20,000 nucleotides of DNA from an uncultured virus (IMG/VR IMGVR_UViG_3300008266_000310) (lineage: Duplodnaviria; Heunggongvirae; Uroviricota; Caudoviricetes): the IMG/VR virus record IMGVR_UViG_3300008266_000310, one strand, 5' to 3'. Under the pieces are notes generated by a model that saw only the letters and a program-made list of their open reading frames with translations, ran no database searches and was not told where the DNA came from. Of the stretch, positions 9,661 through 17,412 are shown one piece after another. The position numbers were made by a program, and so were the translations under genes. Position 1 is the stretch's first letter. Every line of letters starts with the position of its first letter.

Positions 9661-10461
9661 TTAATCATCATATCCAGGATCTGCTGACTTAGTTATAGTC
9701 GCCCACCCTACAGTTTCGTTTGCGTTACTTTTATCTGAATCTACAGGTACTTCTGGTAAATCTTCGCTATCCTGAAGATCGGTATTAAGGGCAGCAACCA
9801 TTTTTTTAGTTAATTGATTATGAACCTCTTCTCCAAACCTATCTTCAATTTGGTTACGGTCTCTCATATCGTATACCTTACCCCCGCACATAAACGCTAA
9901 TACATTCTCTAACTTAAAATTCCTAAAGCTACTTTTAGCTGCTAAGCTAGGATCGTTAGTAGAATTGAGAGCTTTAATGTAAGCATTTACGTCGTAAACA
10001 TTCATTAAATTATGAGTACTACGCATACTTAACTGCGCATCAGATTTAGGTTTATCACTAGGAACGTAAGCAGCTAAACTTCTACGAAATGCCATATGTC
10101 TGACAGTACCGTCTTTCTTTACAAAAGCAACACTAGTTGTAACATTACGTCCGTAGTTAGTTTTAACACATTCCGGTAGATCTGCAAATGTAAGACCTCC
10201 CTCTACCTCTTCTGCTACAACATCCATACTTGCATTATCTACCCAATCTCCATTCTCATCATCTTGTTTTTGCATAGCCATATCAGCAGCAGCTTGCGGA
10301 GCTCCTAGAGCAGCAGGATTTATTTCGTCTAGATCTCCTCTATTCTGTATCTGGTCAGTACCACCAGACACATCACTAAAATTAGTAGCTTCCTTTAGAA
10401 CTTTAGAATACATTCCAGCCTTATTGCTGATAAGCCAATTTTTTAAATTAAAATCTTTCAT
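9661..10461 (-). CDS. Acidic protein with a central SH3-like/WYL_2-like beta-barrel
   Basis: SVAFVKKDGTVRHM...LMNVYDVN...SFRNFKLENVL resembles the WYL_2 pattern (F.KKDG..R.M ... R.F..ENL). Start moved to ATG 10461, 1 nt after the upstream stop. Confidence 0.6.
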   Translation of the reverse strand: MKDFNLKNWLISNKAGMYSKVLKEATNFSDVSGGTDQIQNRGDLDEINPAALGAPQAAADMAMQKQDDENGDWVDNASMDVVAEEVEGGLTFADLPECVKTNYGRNVTTSVAFVKKDGTVRHMAFRRSLAAYVPSDKPKSDAQLSMRSTHNLMNVYDVNAYIKALNSTNDPSLAAKSSFRNFKLENVLAFMCGGKVYDMRDRNQIEDRFGEEVHNQLTKKMVAALNTDLQDSEDLPEVPVDSDKSNANETVGWATITKSADPGYDD

Positions 10462-10462
10462 C

Positions 10463-10864
10463 TTAGCGTAAATAACTTTTAATAAATTCCTCAATGTCGC
10501 TTTGTGCAAAACCAGTTTGTCTTAGTCTAGAAGCCATTTTTTTAATATCTTCCAATGTCTGAAACTCTCTACCTATTAAAGATTGATGTATCTTGTTTAA
10601 TTCTTCTGATTCAAATATACCGCTTGGATCATCAAAAGACCATGGATAACCGTTGTTATAACGTTGAGAAGTATTTGTATTTTCAGGATGTTCAGAAGTA
10701 TCTAAAGGACCTTTACCTTCAATAGTACCTGGTTTACTCCCAACTACGTTGTAGGGATTAGGATGCAGATTGATCTGGTCACGAGATCCGCGATAAAGAA
10801 AATTCTTCATTTTAGACCTTTCACTAGGTTGAAGATCTTCTAGTAAGTTAGAAAGCTTAATCAT
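10463..10864 (-). CDS. Hypothetical protein
   Basis: Start moved to ATG 10864 (MIKLSNLLEDL), 4 nt after TATTTAT. Confidence 0.7.
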   Translation of the reverse strand: MIKLSNLLEDLQPSERSKMKNFLYRGSRDQINLHPNPYNVVGSKPGTIEGKGPLDTSEHPENTNTSQRYNNGYPWSFDDPSGIFESEELNKIHQSLIGREFQTLEDIKKMASRLRQTGFAQSDIEEFIKSYLR

Positions 10865-10869
10865 ACTAA

Positions 10870-10900
10870 TAAATAGGAACACCCTCTATTTAAGAGGGTG
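10870..10900 (-). terminator. Intrinsic terminator-like hairpin
   Basis: CACCCTCT-TAAAT-AGAGGGTG (8-bp stem) followed by TTCCTATTTA. Confidence 0.6.
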
Positions 10901-10928
10901 CTTGTTATATCTTAAGCTTTAGTACTAA

Positions 10929-11057
10929 CTACTTTACAGTTAATTCAAATATTACTATAGAAAGTAAAAACACAATTATTCCCCATAAAGTACCTTTAGT
11001 AAAGCCTACTACTCCTTTGGTTGAAAAATTTAACAGTAAGTCAAAAAGTTTATACAT
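10929..11057 (-). CDS. 42-aa small membrane protein (not in ORF track)
   Basis: MYKLFDLLLNFSTKGVVGFTKGTLWGIIVFLLSIVIFELTVK*; A-rich leader, TATTTAT 14 nt upstream, one TM-like helix. Confidence 0.55.
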   Translation of the reverse strand: MYKLFDLLLNFSTKGVVGFTKGTLWGIIVFLLSIVIFELTVK

Positions 11058-11060
11058 AAG

Positions 11061-11807
11061 TTATTTTTTATATAAATAGACTTTACCGGAAAGATCAATT
11101 AAGATAGCACTCATATTCTCTACCCAATCTCCAGAATTTAAGTACCTCTTACCGTCTATAACCCTATCTTCTGGTTGGTGTATGTGACCGCATATAACCC
11201 CATCACACCCTTGCTTTTCAGCAATTCTTAAAGCTGTTATTTCAAAATCATTTATATAATTAACCGCCGTCTTTACGCTAGTTTTTATTTTCTGAGATAT
11301 AGATTGATAAGGTAATTTCCTCCATTTCCTATAACTGTTATAGTACCTGTTTACCCATAAAGCAAGATCGTATCCTATTGATCCGAGTTTTGATAGCCAG
11401 CTATACTTTGTAATAAAGATATCTATTATATCTCCGTGAAATACATAGTAACACCTTTGCTTCCAGTTATCATATTCTACATGCTCTAGATACTGTATTT
11501 TGTAGCTCTCTCTTACTTCTATTCCTCCAAAATGACTTCCTATAAACTCCTGTATAAATTCATCATGATTACCTCTTATCCAGATTATCCTAGTCTTATT
11601 CGATAATTGGAGTAATTTAGCAATTACTTTAGTGTGCTTCTTCTTCCACTTATTACCTCTATTCAAAGCCCAGCCGTCAATGATATCTCCATTAAGTATT
11701 AACACTTCTGTCGAATGGCTTTCAATAAATTCTATAAATTCTTCTGCTTTACTATCCTTTGTTCCTAAGTGTAAATCAGATACTATAATTGCCTTATAAG
11801 TAGTCAT
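11061..11807 (-). CDS. Calcineurin-like metallophosphoesterase, UDP-2,3-diacylglucosamine hydrolase (LpxH)-like
   Basis: SDLHLG, NGDIIDGW, GNHDE, FHGD, CGHIH and NSGDWVE motifs. Confidence 0.88.
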   Translation of the reverse strand: MTTYKAIIVSDLHLGTKDSKAEEFIEFIESHSTEVLILNGDIIDGWALNRGNKWKKKHTKVIAKLLQLSNKTRIIWIRGNHDEFIQEFIGSHFGGIEVRESYKIQYLEHVEYDNWKQRCYYVFHGDIIDIFITKYSWLSKLGSIGYDLALWVNRYYNSYRKWRKLPYQSISQKIKTSVKTAVNYINDFEITALRIAEKQGCDGVICGHIHQPEDRVIDGKRYLNSGDWVENMSAILIDLSGKVYLYKK

Positions 11808-12520
11808 TTCCAGTAGTTATGATCTTCTTCAAAAAACTCAGAGTTATTTCTATTTATATAACTTTTAATCATTATGGATATAATATACTGAATACCTTTT
11901 CTTCTAAACCTTCTTGCGCTCGTCCAGACATTACTTGCTTTTAAAATCAGAAACTTATCTTTACTGCATTTAGAAGAAATCCAATAATCTTCTGCAAACT
12001 TTTGAGTCTTTACATAACCCCCTACATTCCAATACTCTTGTGTATTCCATAGTTGAAATCCGCCAATTGCAAACGGAGTCCCCATCGCCCAACATATCCG
12101 TTGTACAATGTCAAATAACCTAAACGCCCAATTCCATCCACGTTCAGTCTTGAAAGGAACTGTTAGTAGATGTTTCTGAAACGCAAAGATATGTCGATAT
12201 GCTTTAATTAAAATACCTTTTTCTTTTAATAGTATATCTGCATCCAAAAATAAAACATACGGAGTAATTACCTGCTTACTACCTTCTAAACGAGCTTCAG
12301 CTGGAAAACCTCCGGTAATTATTTGAACCCTTAATTTATCTGAAAAATCTACCGTGCACTTGTGTAACCAGTTTAACGATTCTATATCGTCGGAAGAATC
12401 CGCTATAATAACTAAAACTCCGTCTATAAACTTTTGCTTATATATAAAACGTAAACAATCGTATATATTTATACTTTCGTTTTTACAAGGAATTACTATT
12501 GTTAGTTGATTACTTAACAC
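11804..12520 (-). CDS. Glycosyltransferase family 2
   Basis: TIVIPCKNE, IIADSSDD, LFLDAD, GGY..AEDY, TSARRF; GTG start; ATGA overlap with the phosphoesterase gene. Confidence 0.88.
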   Translation of the reverse strand: MLSNQLTIVIPCKNESINIYDCLRFIYKQKFIDGVLVIIADSSDDIESLNWLHKCTVDFSDKLRVQIITGGFPAEARLEGSKQVITPYVLFLDADILLKEKGILIKAYRHIFAFQKHLLTVPFKTERGWNWAFRLFDIVQRICWAMGTPFAIGGFQLWNTQEYWNVGGYVKTQKFAEDYWISSKCSKDKFLILKASNVWTSARRFRRKGIQYIISIMIKSYINRNNSEFFEEDHNYWK

Positions 12521-12607
12521 AGTTATAAATAAGAAACTCTTACTGGTAGGCTAGGAAGTTTACTCTTTACCGCTTATTAGGATATTTAATCGATCTTTAG
12601 TATAAAC

Positions 12608-13075
12608 TTAACCTATGTTCATTGCATCGGTATCACCAGAAGGAGTTCCCATAGCGTAATCGGAATCTTCTTCTAGGTCATCAAATCGCTCATCGTAACT
12701 ATCGTCCGTTTCAGCTTCTGCATCTGAGAGATCTATTAAATTTTCTATTCTCCTAGAGAGTGCCGAATCTGTATTGAGAGTTTGTTCTACATTAAGAATT
12801 TCACTACGGTCGGTTACAGGTACGTATTCATCTCCTTGGGCTACTCCTAATTCATCTACTTCTACTGTTTGATCGTAGTCGTATATTCCATCTTCTTGAT
12901 CCCAGTTAAAAGCATAGTTAATTTGTAATTTAGCAATATACTCTTTACCGTTCAGATCAAATTCGAAATCCGGAATAGAATCATGACCTCCATAGGAAGG
13001 AGCTTTAGCTTCTTGTTTAATGCCGGCTATTTCTTGAAAACGTTTAACTTCGTTTAATAATTGCTTATTTTTCAT
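12608..13075 (-). CDS. Acidic hypothetical protein (candidate internal head protein)
   Basis: 155 aa, D/E-rich; N-terminal KQLLNEVKRFQEIAGI. Confidence 0.75.
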   Translation of the reverse strand: MKNKQLLNEVKRFQEIAGIKQEAKAPSYGGHDSIPDFEFDLNGKEYIAKLQINYAFNWDQEDGIYDYDQTVEVDELGVAQGDEYVPVTDRSEILNVEQTLNTDSALSRRIENLIDLSDAEAETDDSYDERFDDLEEDSDYAMGTPSGDTDAMNIG

Positions 13076-13077
13076 AT

Positions 13078-13296
13078 CTATAAAGTTGTGGTTGTAGTGG
13101 TTGTACTAGTCGTGATTGGAGACGCAGTAGATCTTAAAGAACCTCCTGGAATGACTCCATTGTTAGTAGCTTCAAAACCAGTAAACGTAGAGAGGGAGCC
13201 TGCTTTTTCTTCAAACAGAGAAGTTTGATAACTACTGTTTAAAGGATTCTGCGTTGCAGGAGTCCCTAATCTAGAAGTTTTACTAAGTAATGACAT
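13078..13296 (-). CDS. Hypothetical S/T-rich protein
   Basis: 72 aa ORF tightly packed between neighbours; poly-Thr tail encoded by varied codons. Confidence 0.6.
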   Translation of the reverse strand: MSLLSKTSRLGTPATQNPLNSSYQTSLFEEKAGSLSTFTGFEATNNGVIPGGSLRSTASPITTSTTTTTTTL

Positions 13297-13300
13297 TAAA

Positions 13301-13543
13301 CTAAGCTTGTAGACCTTTTAGAAACTCTTTGGCCTGTTCAATACTCATCATTAAGTTTCCTTCCCTGTTCATGCTACGACCAAGATCATCATCGGTGTCA
13401 GCACGATCATGCATATAATCGTGTAGATCGGCTAGTAGATCAAGGACTTCATCCATGCTATTCATGCTATGATGGTATTCAAGTAAAATACCAGCTGTTT
13501 TCATAAGCTGTTTACGCTCGGTAAGTAAATTCTTTGCTTTCAC
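13301..13543 (-). CDS. Hypothetical protein (candidate internal head protein)
   Basis: Probable GTG start at 13543 (MKAKNLLTERKQLMKTAGI), 16 nt after TATTTAT. Confidence 0.65.
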   Translation of the reverse strand: MKAKNLLTERKQLMKTAGILLEYHHSMNSMDEVLDLLADLHDYMHDRADTDDDLGRSMNREGNLMMSIEQAKEFLKGLQA

Positions 13544-13566
13544 TTCGTTTGAATTTATAATAAATA

Positions 13567-13833
13567 TCACCTACTACGAACTTGACGCAATAAAAATAGA
13601 ATAGCTTGTTGAATCCCGTTCGCGTTCTTGCTATATATAGCGTTTAGTACTTTCGTCTGTCCACGAGCCATATCAATACCTTTGCTATATTCTACCGGTG
13701 ATATAACGCCTTCATCCGATAATTTCTCCAATTCACGAACAATAATATCCACGAACGATAGTTCGCGATTTGGATTCCACGGACTCGATATCATCATACC
13801 TGTCTCGGGTAGAGGCTTCTTATTTTTCTTCAT
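13567..13833 (-). CDS. Hypothetical protein
   Basis: ATG at 13833 (MKKNKKPLP) preferred over the upstream alternative start. Confidence 0.6.
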   Translation of the reverse strand: MKKNKKPLPETGMMISSPWNPNRELSFVDIIVRELEKLSDEGVISPVEYSKGIDMARGQTKVLNAIYSKNANGIQQAILFLLRQVRSR

Positions 13834-14089
13834 CAGACCTATTCTCTTTGAGTTTCTCAAGGTTTTCTTTAAGATCTAAACCCTTCCATTGATCGTACAT
13901 TACCTCAAGAGGATGCAATTGATATGCAGGGATAGAGTTATCGGTGTAATACGTGACATCCTCCCATCCTGCCCAGCCTGGTGTAAGACAGGGAGTAAGA
14001 GTAAAAGCTATAGCCTTCTTACATAGATGGGGATCGCCTGAGGTAAGAGGTATGTAATGTATAGACTCCTCTGGGGTGATACGAATCAT
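13820..14089 (-). CDS. Hypothetical protein
   Basis: 89 aa ORF in the co-directional gene run. Confidence 0.6.
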   Translation of the reverse strand: MIRITPEESIHYIPLTSGDPHLCKKAIAFTLTPCLTPGWAGWEDVTYYTDNSIPAYQLHPLEVMYDQWKGLDLKENLEKLKENRSDEEK

Positions 14090-14115
14090 GGTCCTTTGAA
14101 ATTTAGATATATAAA

Positions 14116-14304
14116 CTACTTCTCGTACTGCTCCAACCTTTTTTCAAGGGAAGCATTAAGAAGAAATCCACTATAACAACTTAAAATCCATATAGACGTA
14201 ATGAGGGGCGATATGTAATCCGTATTCATATAATAACTAGAAACGGTCTTCGCTACCCCGGCAATAAGACTAAAAATGAGAACGATGTGGTTGAGTACTT
14301 TCAT
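14116..14304 (-). CDS. Small protein with two TM-like segments
   Basis: HIVLIFSLIAGVA and LITSIWILSCYSGFLL; A-rich leader. Confidence 0.65.
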   Translation of the reverse strand: MKVLNHIVLIFSLIAGVAKTVSSYYMNTDYISPLITSIWILSCYSGFLLNASLEKRLEQYEK

Positions 14305-14374
14305 ATTGATTTATTTATATATATTATAATACGGTACAAAAATTTTTCCGCGACGTTTTCTTCATATACATACC

Positions 14375-14405
14375 CAAAGGTAGGAAAGTTATCTCACACT
14401 TCCAA
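14375..14405 (-). promoter_or_regulatory. Bacteroidota-type promoter
   Basis: GAGTTG-N20-TACCTTTG, a perfect TAnnTTTG -7 element. Confidence 0.7.
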
Positions 14406-14604
14406 CTCTTTTATACGTACGGTACCGGGATTTAAAATGATTAGTGTTCTGGAAATAAGCATAAGTCATATAGTAAGACCCTACTCCTTGGACACAACAA
14501 TGTATTCTATCCGAAAACACCCTCGTTATGGTGTGATGCATTCCGTTATGAATAAACGTATACCCCACCTCTACACAATTTCTAACACTATTATCACTCC
14601 ACAT
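14389..14604 (-). CDS. Hypothetical protein
   Basis: 71 aa; A-rich leader AAACCAATTAATATATATTC before ATG. Confidence 0.5.
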   Translation of the reverse strand: MWSDNSVRNCVEVGYTFIHNGMHHTITRVFSDRIHCCVQGVGSYYMTYAYFQNTNHFKSRYRTYKRVGSVR

Positions 14605-14640
14605 GAATATATATTAATTGGTTTATGAGAATTTTGCCCG

Positions 14641-14756
14641 GGTGAGTATCGCCGCTCAGGCTCACCTATATCGCTAGTACCCCGTTATTAGATGTAATTA
14701 CGGTGTGGTTAGGATGGTGTCAGTTGAGGGCACCTGCGTGCAACTGTCCTCGACTG
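14641..14756 (-). ncRNA. Candidate structured leader/ncRNA (three hairpins)
   Basis: GC-rich intergenic region downstream of a promoter: AGGA/TCCT + CAGTTG/CAACTG + GCAC-GCAG-GTGC; CCGT.ATTA/TAAT.ACGG; GGTGAG/CTCACC. Confidence 0.45.
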
Positions 14757-14760
14757 CGAC

Positions 14761-14792
14761 CAAAGGTAGGCGACCATATTTCAGGCCGCCAA
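14761..14792 (-). promoter_or_regulatory. Bacteroidota-type promoter with a hairpin in the spacer
   Basis: AAGTTG-N21-TACCTTTG; spacer folds GGCGGCC-N8-GGTCGCC. Confidence 0.75.
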
Positions 14793-14796
14793 CTTT

Positions 14797-15162
14797 TTAT
14801 CCAACTTTGTAAGCCCTCTTCACTAGAGCCTTACCGCTAGTAGTAAGTCCCACTACCGTACCGTCTATTACCGTAGAAGTATCATTACCTATTACGATAA
14901 GGTAGGTACCTTGGTTAAACTTCTGGACAAAGGTAGATACCCTTAGTAGTCTTTGTTTGACCTCTCCATATACTTTGTATTGGGTTGTCATACCTTCAGT
15001 CACTTCAGTAGCAACCTTTCCATTGATTGAGTCTTGGGTAGTGATCATGTCCAGGAAGCTCGTTAGGTTGTTGGCCGTTAGCTTCTCTCTTACTAACTCA
15101 TGAGCCACTCCTTCATTAAGGTCGAAGGCCGTGGCTAGGGCATTGATGTAGTTGTTTGTCAT
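14797..15162 (-). CDS. Hypothetical protein
   Basis: 121 aa ORF; C-terminal GLTTSGKALV is weakly reminiscent of winged-helix ends. Confidence 0.7.
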   Translation of the reverse strand: MTNNYINALATAFDLNEGVAHELVREKLTANNLTSFLDMITTQDSINGKVATEVTEGMTTQYKVYGEVKQRLLRVSTFVQKFNQGTYLIVIGNDTSTVIDGTVVGLTTSGKALVKRAYKVG

Positions 15163-15167
15163 AACTC

Positions 15168-15380
15168 TTATTTTAGATTACTGATTACTTGGTTGAAACT
15201 ATTCTTAATACCATGCTCATTAGTCCAGAGGCTCATCATATCATTAGCTCCGTCTTTAGGCTTGATAGCTAACCTGCCTACCTTAAACTCTTTCATCCAT
15301 TCTTGAAAGGATGTATCGGCGAATATCTCTAGACGTTCTTGTTCTATTTGTTCGAGTCTTTCTATTGATGTTGTGAGCAT
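15168..15380 (-). CDS. Hypothetical protein
   Basis: 70 aa; AATCAAA leader. Confidence 0.7.
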   Translation of the reverse strand: MLTTSIERLEQIEQERLEIFADTSFQEWMKEFKVGRLAIKPKDGANDMMSLWTNEHGIKNSFNQVISNLK

Positions 15381-15429
15381 ACGATTTGATTAATTACGTT
15401 ATGGATAAATACTTCCGATCGGACTACCA

Positions 15430-15460
15430 AATAAAAGAGGCCGGACATTACTCCGGCTCT
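15430..15460 (-). terminator. Intrinsic terminator after the DUF932 gene
   Basis: GAGCCGGA-GTAATG-TCCGGCCTC followed by TTTTATT. Confidence 0.8.
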
Positions 15461-15473
15461 CTCGTTATTCGTC

Positions 15474-16280
15474 TTAGGCGTACTGCATACCTAGTTCCCA
15501 GATCTGCTGATTGAGCTGAATATCCTTTTGAATATTCTTGATTGACTTAGCCCTACGCAGTTTATTCTTCTTATTAGTAATATGGTACCCGCCTTGAAGG
15601 ACACTCTCTTGAACTCTATTCAGAACCGTCCAAAGACTATCGCCTTGATCTTCTTTCCTTCTCGGGGCAAGGAACTCAGCCAACTCTTCTTCAGTCATCA
15701 TTCTGTCTTGATAGGACCTAAGAGCGAAAGCTTTCTGAGCGAACTCTCTCTGGGCTTCCTTTGACATGATAATCTGATTGAATTGATTGATACGTCCTAC
15801 AAGGTCAGGCAGACGCTCTACGGCTTGATTGAGAGTAATCTGAAGCTCTTCGAAAGAGTATCCGCTATGACGGATATTGAAGCCGCCCATATCCTTATCC
15901 TTGATGATAAGACCATTAGAGCATACTAGACGAAAGATACCTAACTCGAATTTAAAGCTACCCATACCCGTATGATTATTCATCACAACGATATTGATAT
16001 AGGACTCGATGTTTCCGTCTTGGTCTCTGATAAAGACTTCTGGATTGAAAAACTTGATAACATGATTACCAAACTCTTGGTTAATAGTATTACGGTAGCG
16101 ATTAGCTTTAGCCGTAGATACTTTCCATCCGAGCCTATCCATATCTTCGATGATACGAGAGGTAGGCAGGAAAGAATACTTCTTAGACACTCCGGGCTTA
16201 GGAGCTGGAGCAAAGGCTTGAGGAGCGTTCTCTTGGATCTCTTGAAGAGTCAGAGCTGTCATTTCTAATGAATTTTTCAT
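15474..16280 (-). CDS. DUF932/DUF945 family protein (phage/plasmid YafZ-like)
   Basis: APQAF...VSKKYSFLPT..II..M..LGW...H...IVVMNNHTG.GSFKFELGIFRLVCSNGL...IRHSG...PRRKEDQGDSLWTVLNRVQE. True start at ATG 16280, after the promoter cassette. Confidence 0.85.
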   Translation of the reverse strand: MKNSLEMTALTLQEIQENAPQAFAPAPKPGVSKKYSFLPTSRIIEDMDRLGWKVSTAKANRYRNTINQEFGNHVIKFFNPEVFIRDQDGNIESYINIVVMNNHTGMGSFKFELGIFRLVCSNGLIIKDKDMGGFNIRHSGYSFEELQITLNQAVERLPDLVGRINQFNQIIMSKEAQREFAQKAFALRSYQDRMMTEEELAEFLAPRRKEDQGDSLWTVLNRVQESVLQGGYHITNKKNKLRRAKSIKNIQKDIQLNQQIWELGMQYA

Positions 16281-16337
16281 AACTTTTATTTTTTGATTTG
16301 CACTAAAGATAGAAAGAAGCCTCCGAAGAGGCAACTC
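16281..16337 (-). promoter_or_regulatory. Fused terminator-promoter-leader cassette
   Basis: TTG-N20-TATCTTTAGTG-CAAATCAAAAAATAAAAGTT-ATG; spacer hairpin GCCTC-TTCG-GAGGC followed by TTCTTTC. Confidence 0.85.
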
Positions 16338-16341
16338 TTTT

Positions 16342-16563
16342 TTAGGATAATTCTATTCGATTAAAAAGATCGAAAACATGAACCCTAACCTTGTACAATC
16401 CTTCGATGTCAATAACTGAACCATAAGGCAGATCATTAACGAAATGAAGCCTCTCGAGGTCATGCATTACCCTAGCTGCTGAACTAGGATAGCTGATCCC
16501 GTATTCTTCAAGTCTCTCTAACAGCTCAGGCTTGGCTCTTTCTAACAGTGTCAATACTTTCAT
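16342..16563 (-). CDS. Hypothetical early protein (73 aa)
   Basis: ATG 16563 follows a promoter cassette. Confidence 0.75.
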   Translation of the reverse strand: MKVLTLLERAKPELLERLEEYGISYPSSAARVMHDLERLHFVNDLPYGSVIDIEGLYKVRVHVFDLFNRIELS

Positions 16564-16620
16564 AACTATTATTTTTTGATTTGCACTAAAGATAGGCAAT
16601 CACTTCCACGGTGGCAACTT
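16564..16620 (-). promoter_or_regulatory. Early promoter-leader cassette
   Basis: AAGTTG-N20-TATCTTTAGTGCAAATCAAAAAATAATAGTT-ATG. Confidence 0.85.
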
Positions 16621-16658
16621 TTTCTTAAACTTTTTTCGAAAAAAATCTTGGCGCATCC

Positions 16659-16710
16659 TCCGTCTGATCTCTCCACCCTTTTCATCGGGCGCCTGTCTCT
16701 TGTGACGGCC
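16659..16710 (-). ncRNA. Promoter-driven ~52-nt non-coding element, copy A
   Basis: GGCCGTCACAAGAGACAGGCGCCCGATGAAAAGGGTGGAGAGATCAGACGGA directly after a -7 box; 45/52 identical to 18160-18210. Confidence 0.55.
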
Positions 16711-16744
16711 TAAAGATAAGAAGAAGGCCCCGAAGGGCCAACTT
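16711..16744 (-). promoter_or_regulatory. Fused terminator-promoter
   Basis: AAGTTG-N20-TATCTTTAG; hairpin GGCCC-TTCG-GGGCC followed by TTCTTCT, just after the stop at 16744. Confidence 0.85.
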
Positions 16745-17094
16745 TATTCTTCCGTAAATTTTACAGTCGCTGTAATGCAGTACTGTCCTCCTTTCTTTCC
16801 TATGAAGCCTGGAGAGCAAGGGCAGGAGCATCCGCATTTTTGTCTCCAACCCCATTCTTCGTTATGCACAATTTCGTAGACTTCAGGATTGACTTCTTTT
16901 AGCTTTCCAATAATGGCTGGAATTAATTCTTCCTTCCAGACCTTAGATGGACGGTTGTGACGGTTAAAGAGATTATCCATTACAGATTCTCCGTCAGGCC
17001 AAATAAAGAGTTTGTTAGAGGCTTTATAAGGTTCGTTTTTCCTTGAACGATAAGGCTCATACTCGGCCTTCAGATTAGCGATTTCGAATTTCAT
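16744..17094 (-). CDS. Hypothetical early protein with a CGCSCPC motif
   Basis: True start ATG 17094; WRQKCGCSCPCSPGF suggests metal binding. Confidence 0.75.
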   Translation of the reverse strand: MKFEIANLKAEYEPYRSRKNEPYKASNKLFIWPDGESVMDNLFNRHNRPSKVWKEELIPAIIGKLKEVNPEVYEIVHNEEWGWRQKCGCSCPCSPGFIGKKGGQYCITATVKFTEE

Positions 17095-17151
17095 AACTTT
17101 GATTTTTTGATTTGCACTAAAGATAGAAAGAAGGCCCCGAAGGGCCAACTT
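17095..17151 (-). promoter_or_regulatory. Fused terminator-promoter-leader cassette
   Basis: AAGTTG-N20-TATCTTTAGTGCAAATCAAAAAATCAAAGTT-ATG; GGCCC-TTCG-GGGCC followed by TTCTTTC. Confidence 0.85.
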
Positions 17152-17153
17152 TT

Positions 17154-17336
17154 TTATTTCCTCTTCTTTATTGCCTCCTCTATTTCCTTCCCCTCGGCTA
17201 GAGTCTCTCTCATTCCGATTATCACGTTTTCGATCTGAGGATCATTCTTTGTCTTGTTTGCCTCTACTAGGTAGTTTAAGAACGCTCTCATACTTCCTTC
17301 GTAGTAACCTGCTAATCCTGACATACTTGTAATCAT
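17154..17336 (-). CDS. Hypothetical early protein
   Basis: 60 aa between two cassettes. Confidence 0.75.
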   Translation of the reverse strand: MITSMSGLAGYYEGSMRAFLNYLVEANKTKNDPQIENVIIGMRETLAEGKEIEEAIKKRK

Positions 17337-17392
17337 ATCTTTGATTTTTTATTTACACTAAAGATAGTTACTCTATTCCTAACTGGCAACTT
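17337..17392 (-). promoter_or_regulatory. Early promoter-leader cassette
   Basis: AAGTTG-N20-TATCTTTAGTG plus an AATCAAA leader. Confidence 0.85.
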
Positions 17393-17412
17393 TATTTTAA
17401 AAAAAGTTTAGA

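Noticed and set aside
14641..14760. Hammerhead or pistol ribozyme
   Set aside because: CTGAGCG..GATA does not match the CUGANGA/GAAA core, and GTGGTTAGG lacks the pistol P1 partner.
16650..16710. HDV/theta-like ribozyme pseudoknot on the plus strand of copy A (GGCGC/GCGCC, CCGTC/GACGG)
   Set aside because: The 5' GGCGC strand is absent in copy B, core motifs are not evident, and the promoter points the other way.
16281..17148. Shared N-terminal peptide (S/P)IFSANQKI.VM in three track ORFs
   Set aside because: Artefact of translating the promoter-leader repeat from TTG codons; the real starts are ATG 16280, 16563 and 17094.
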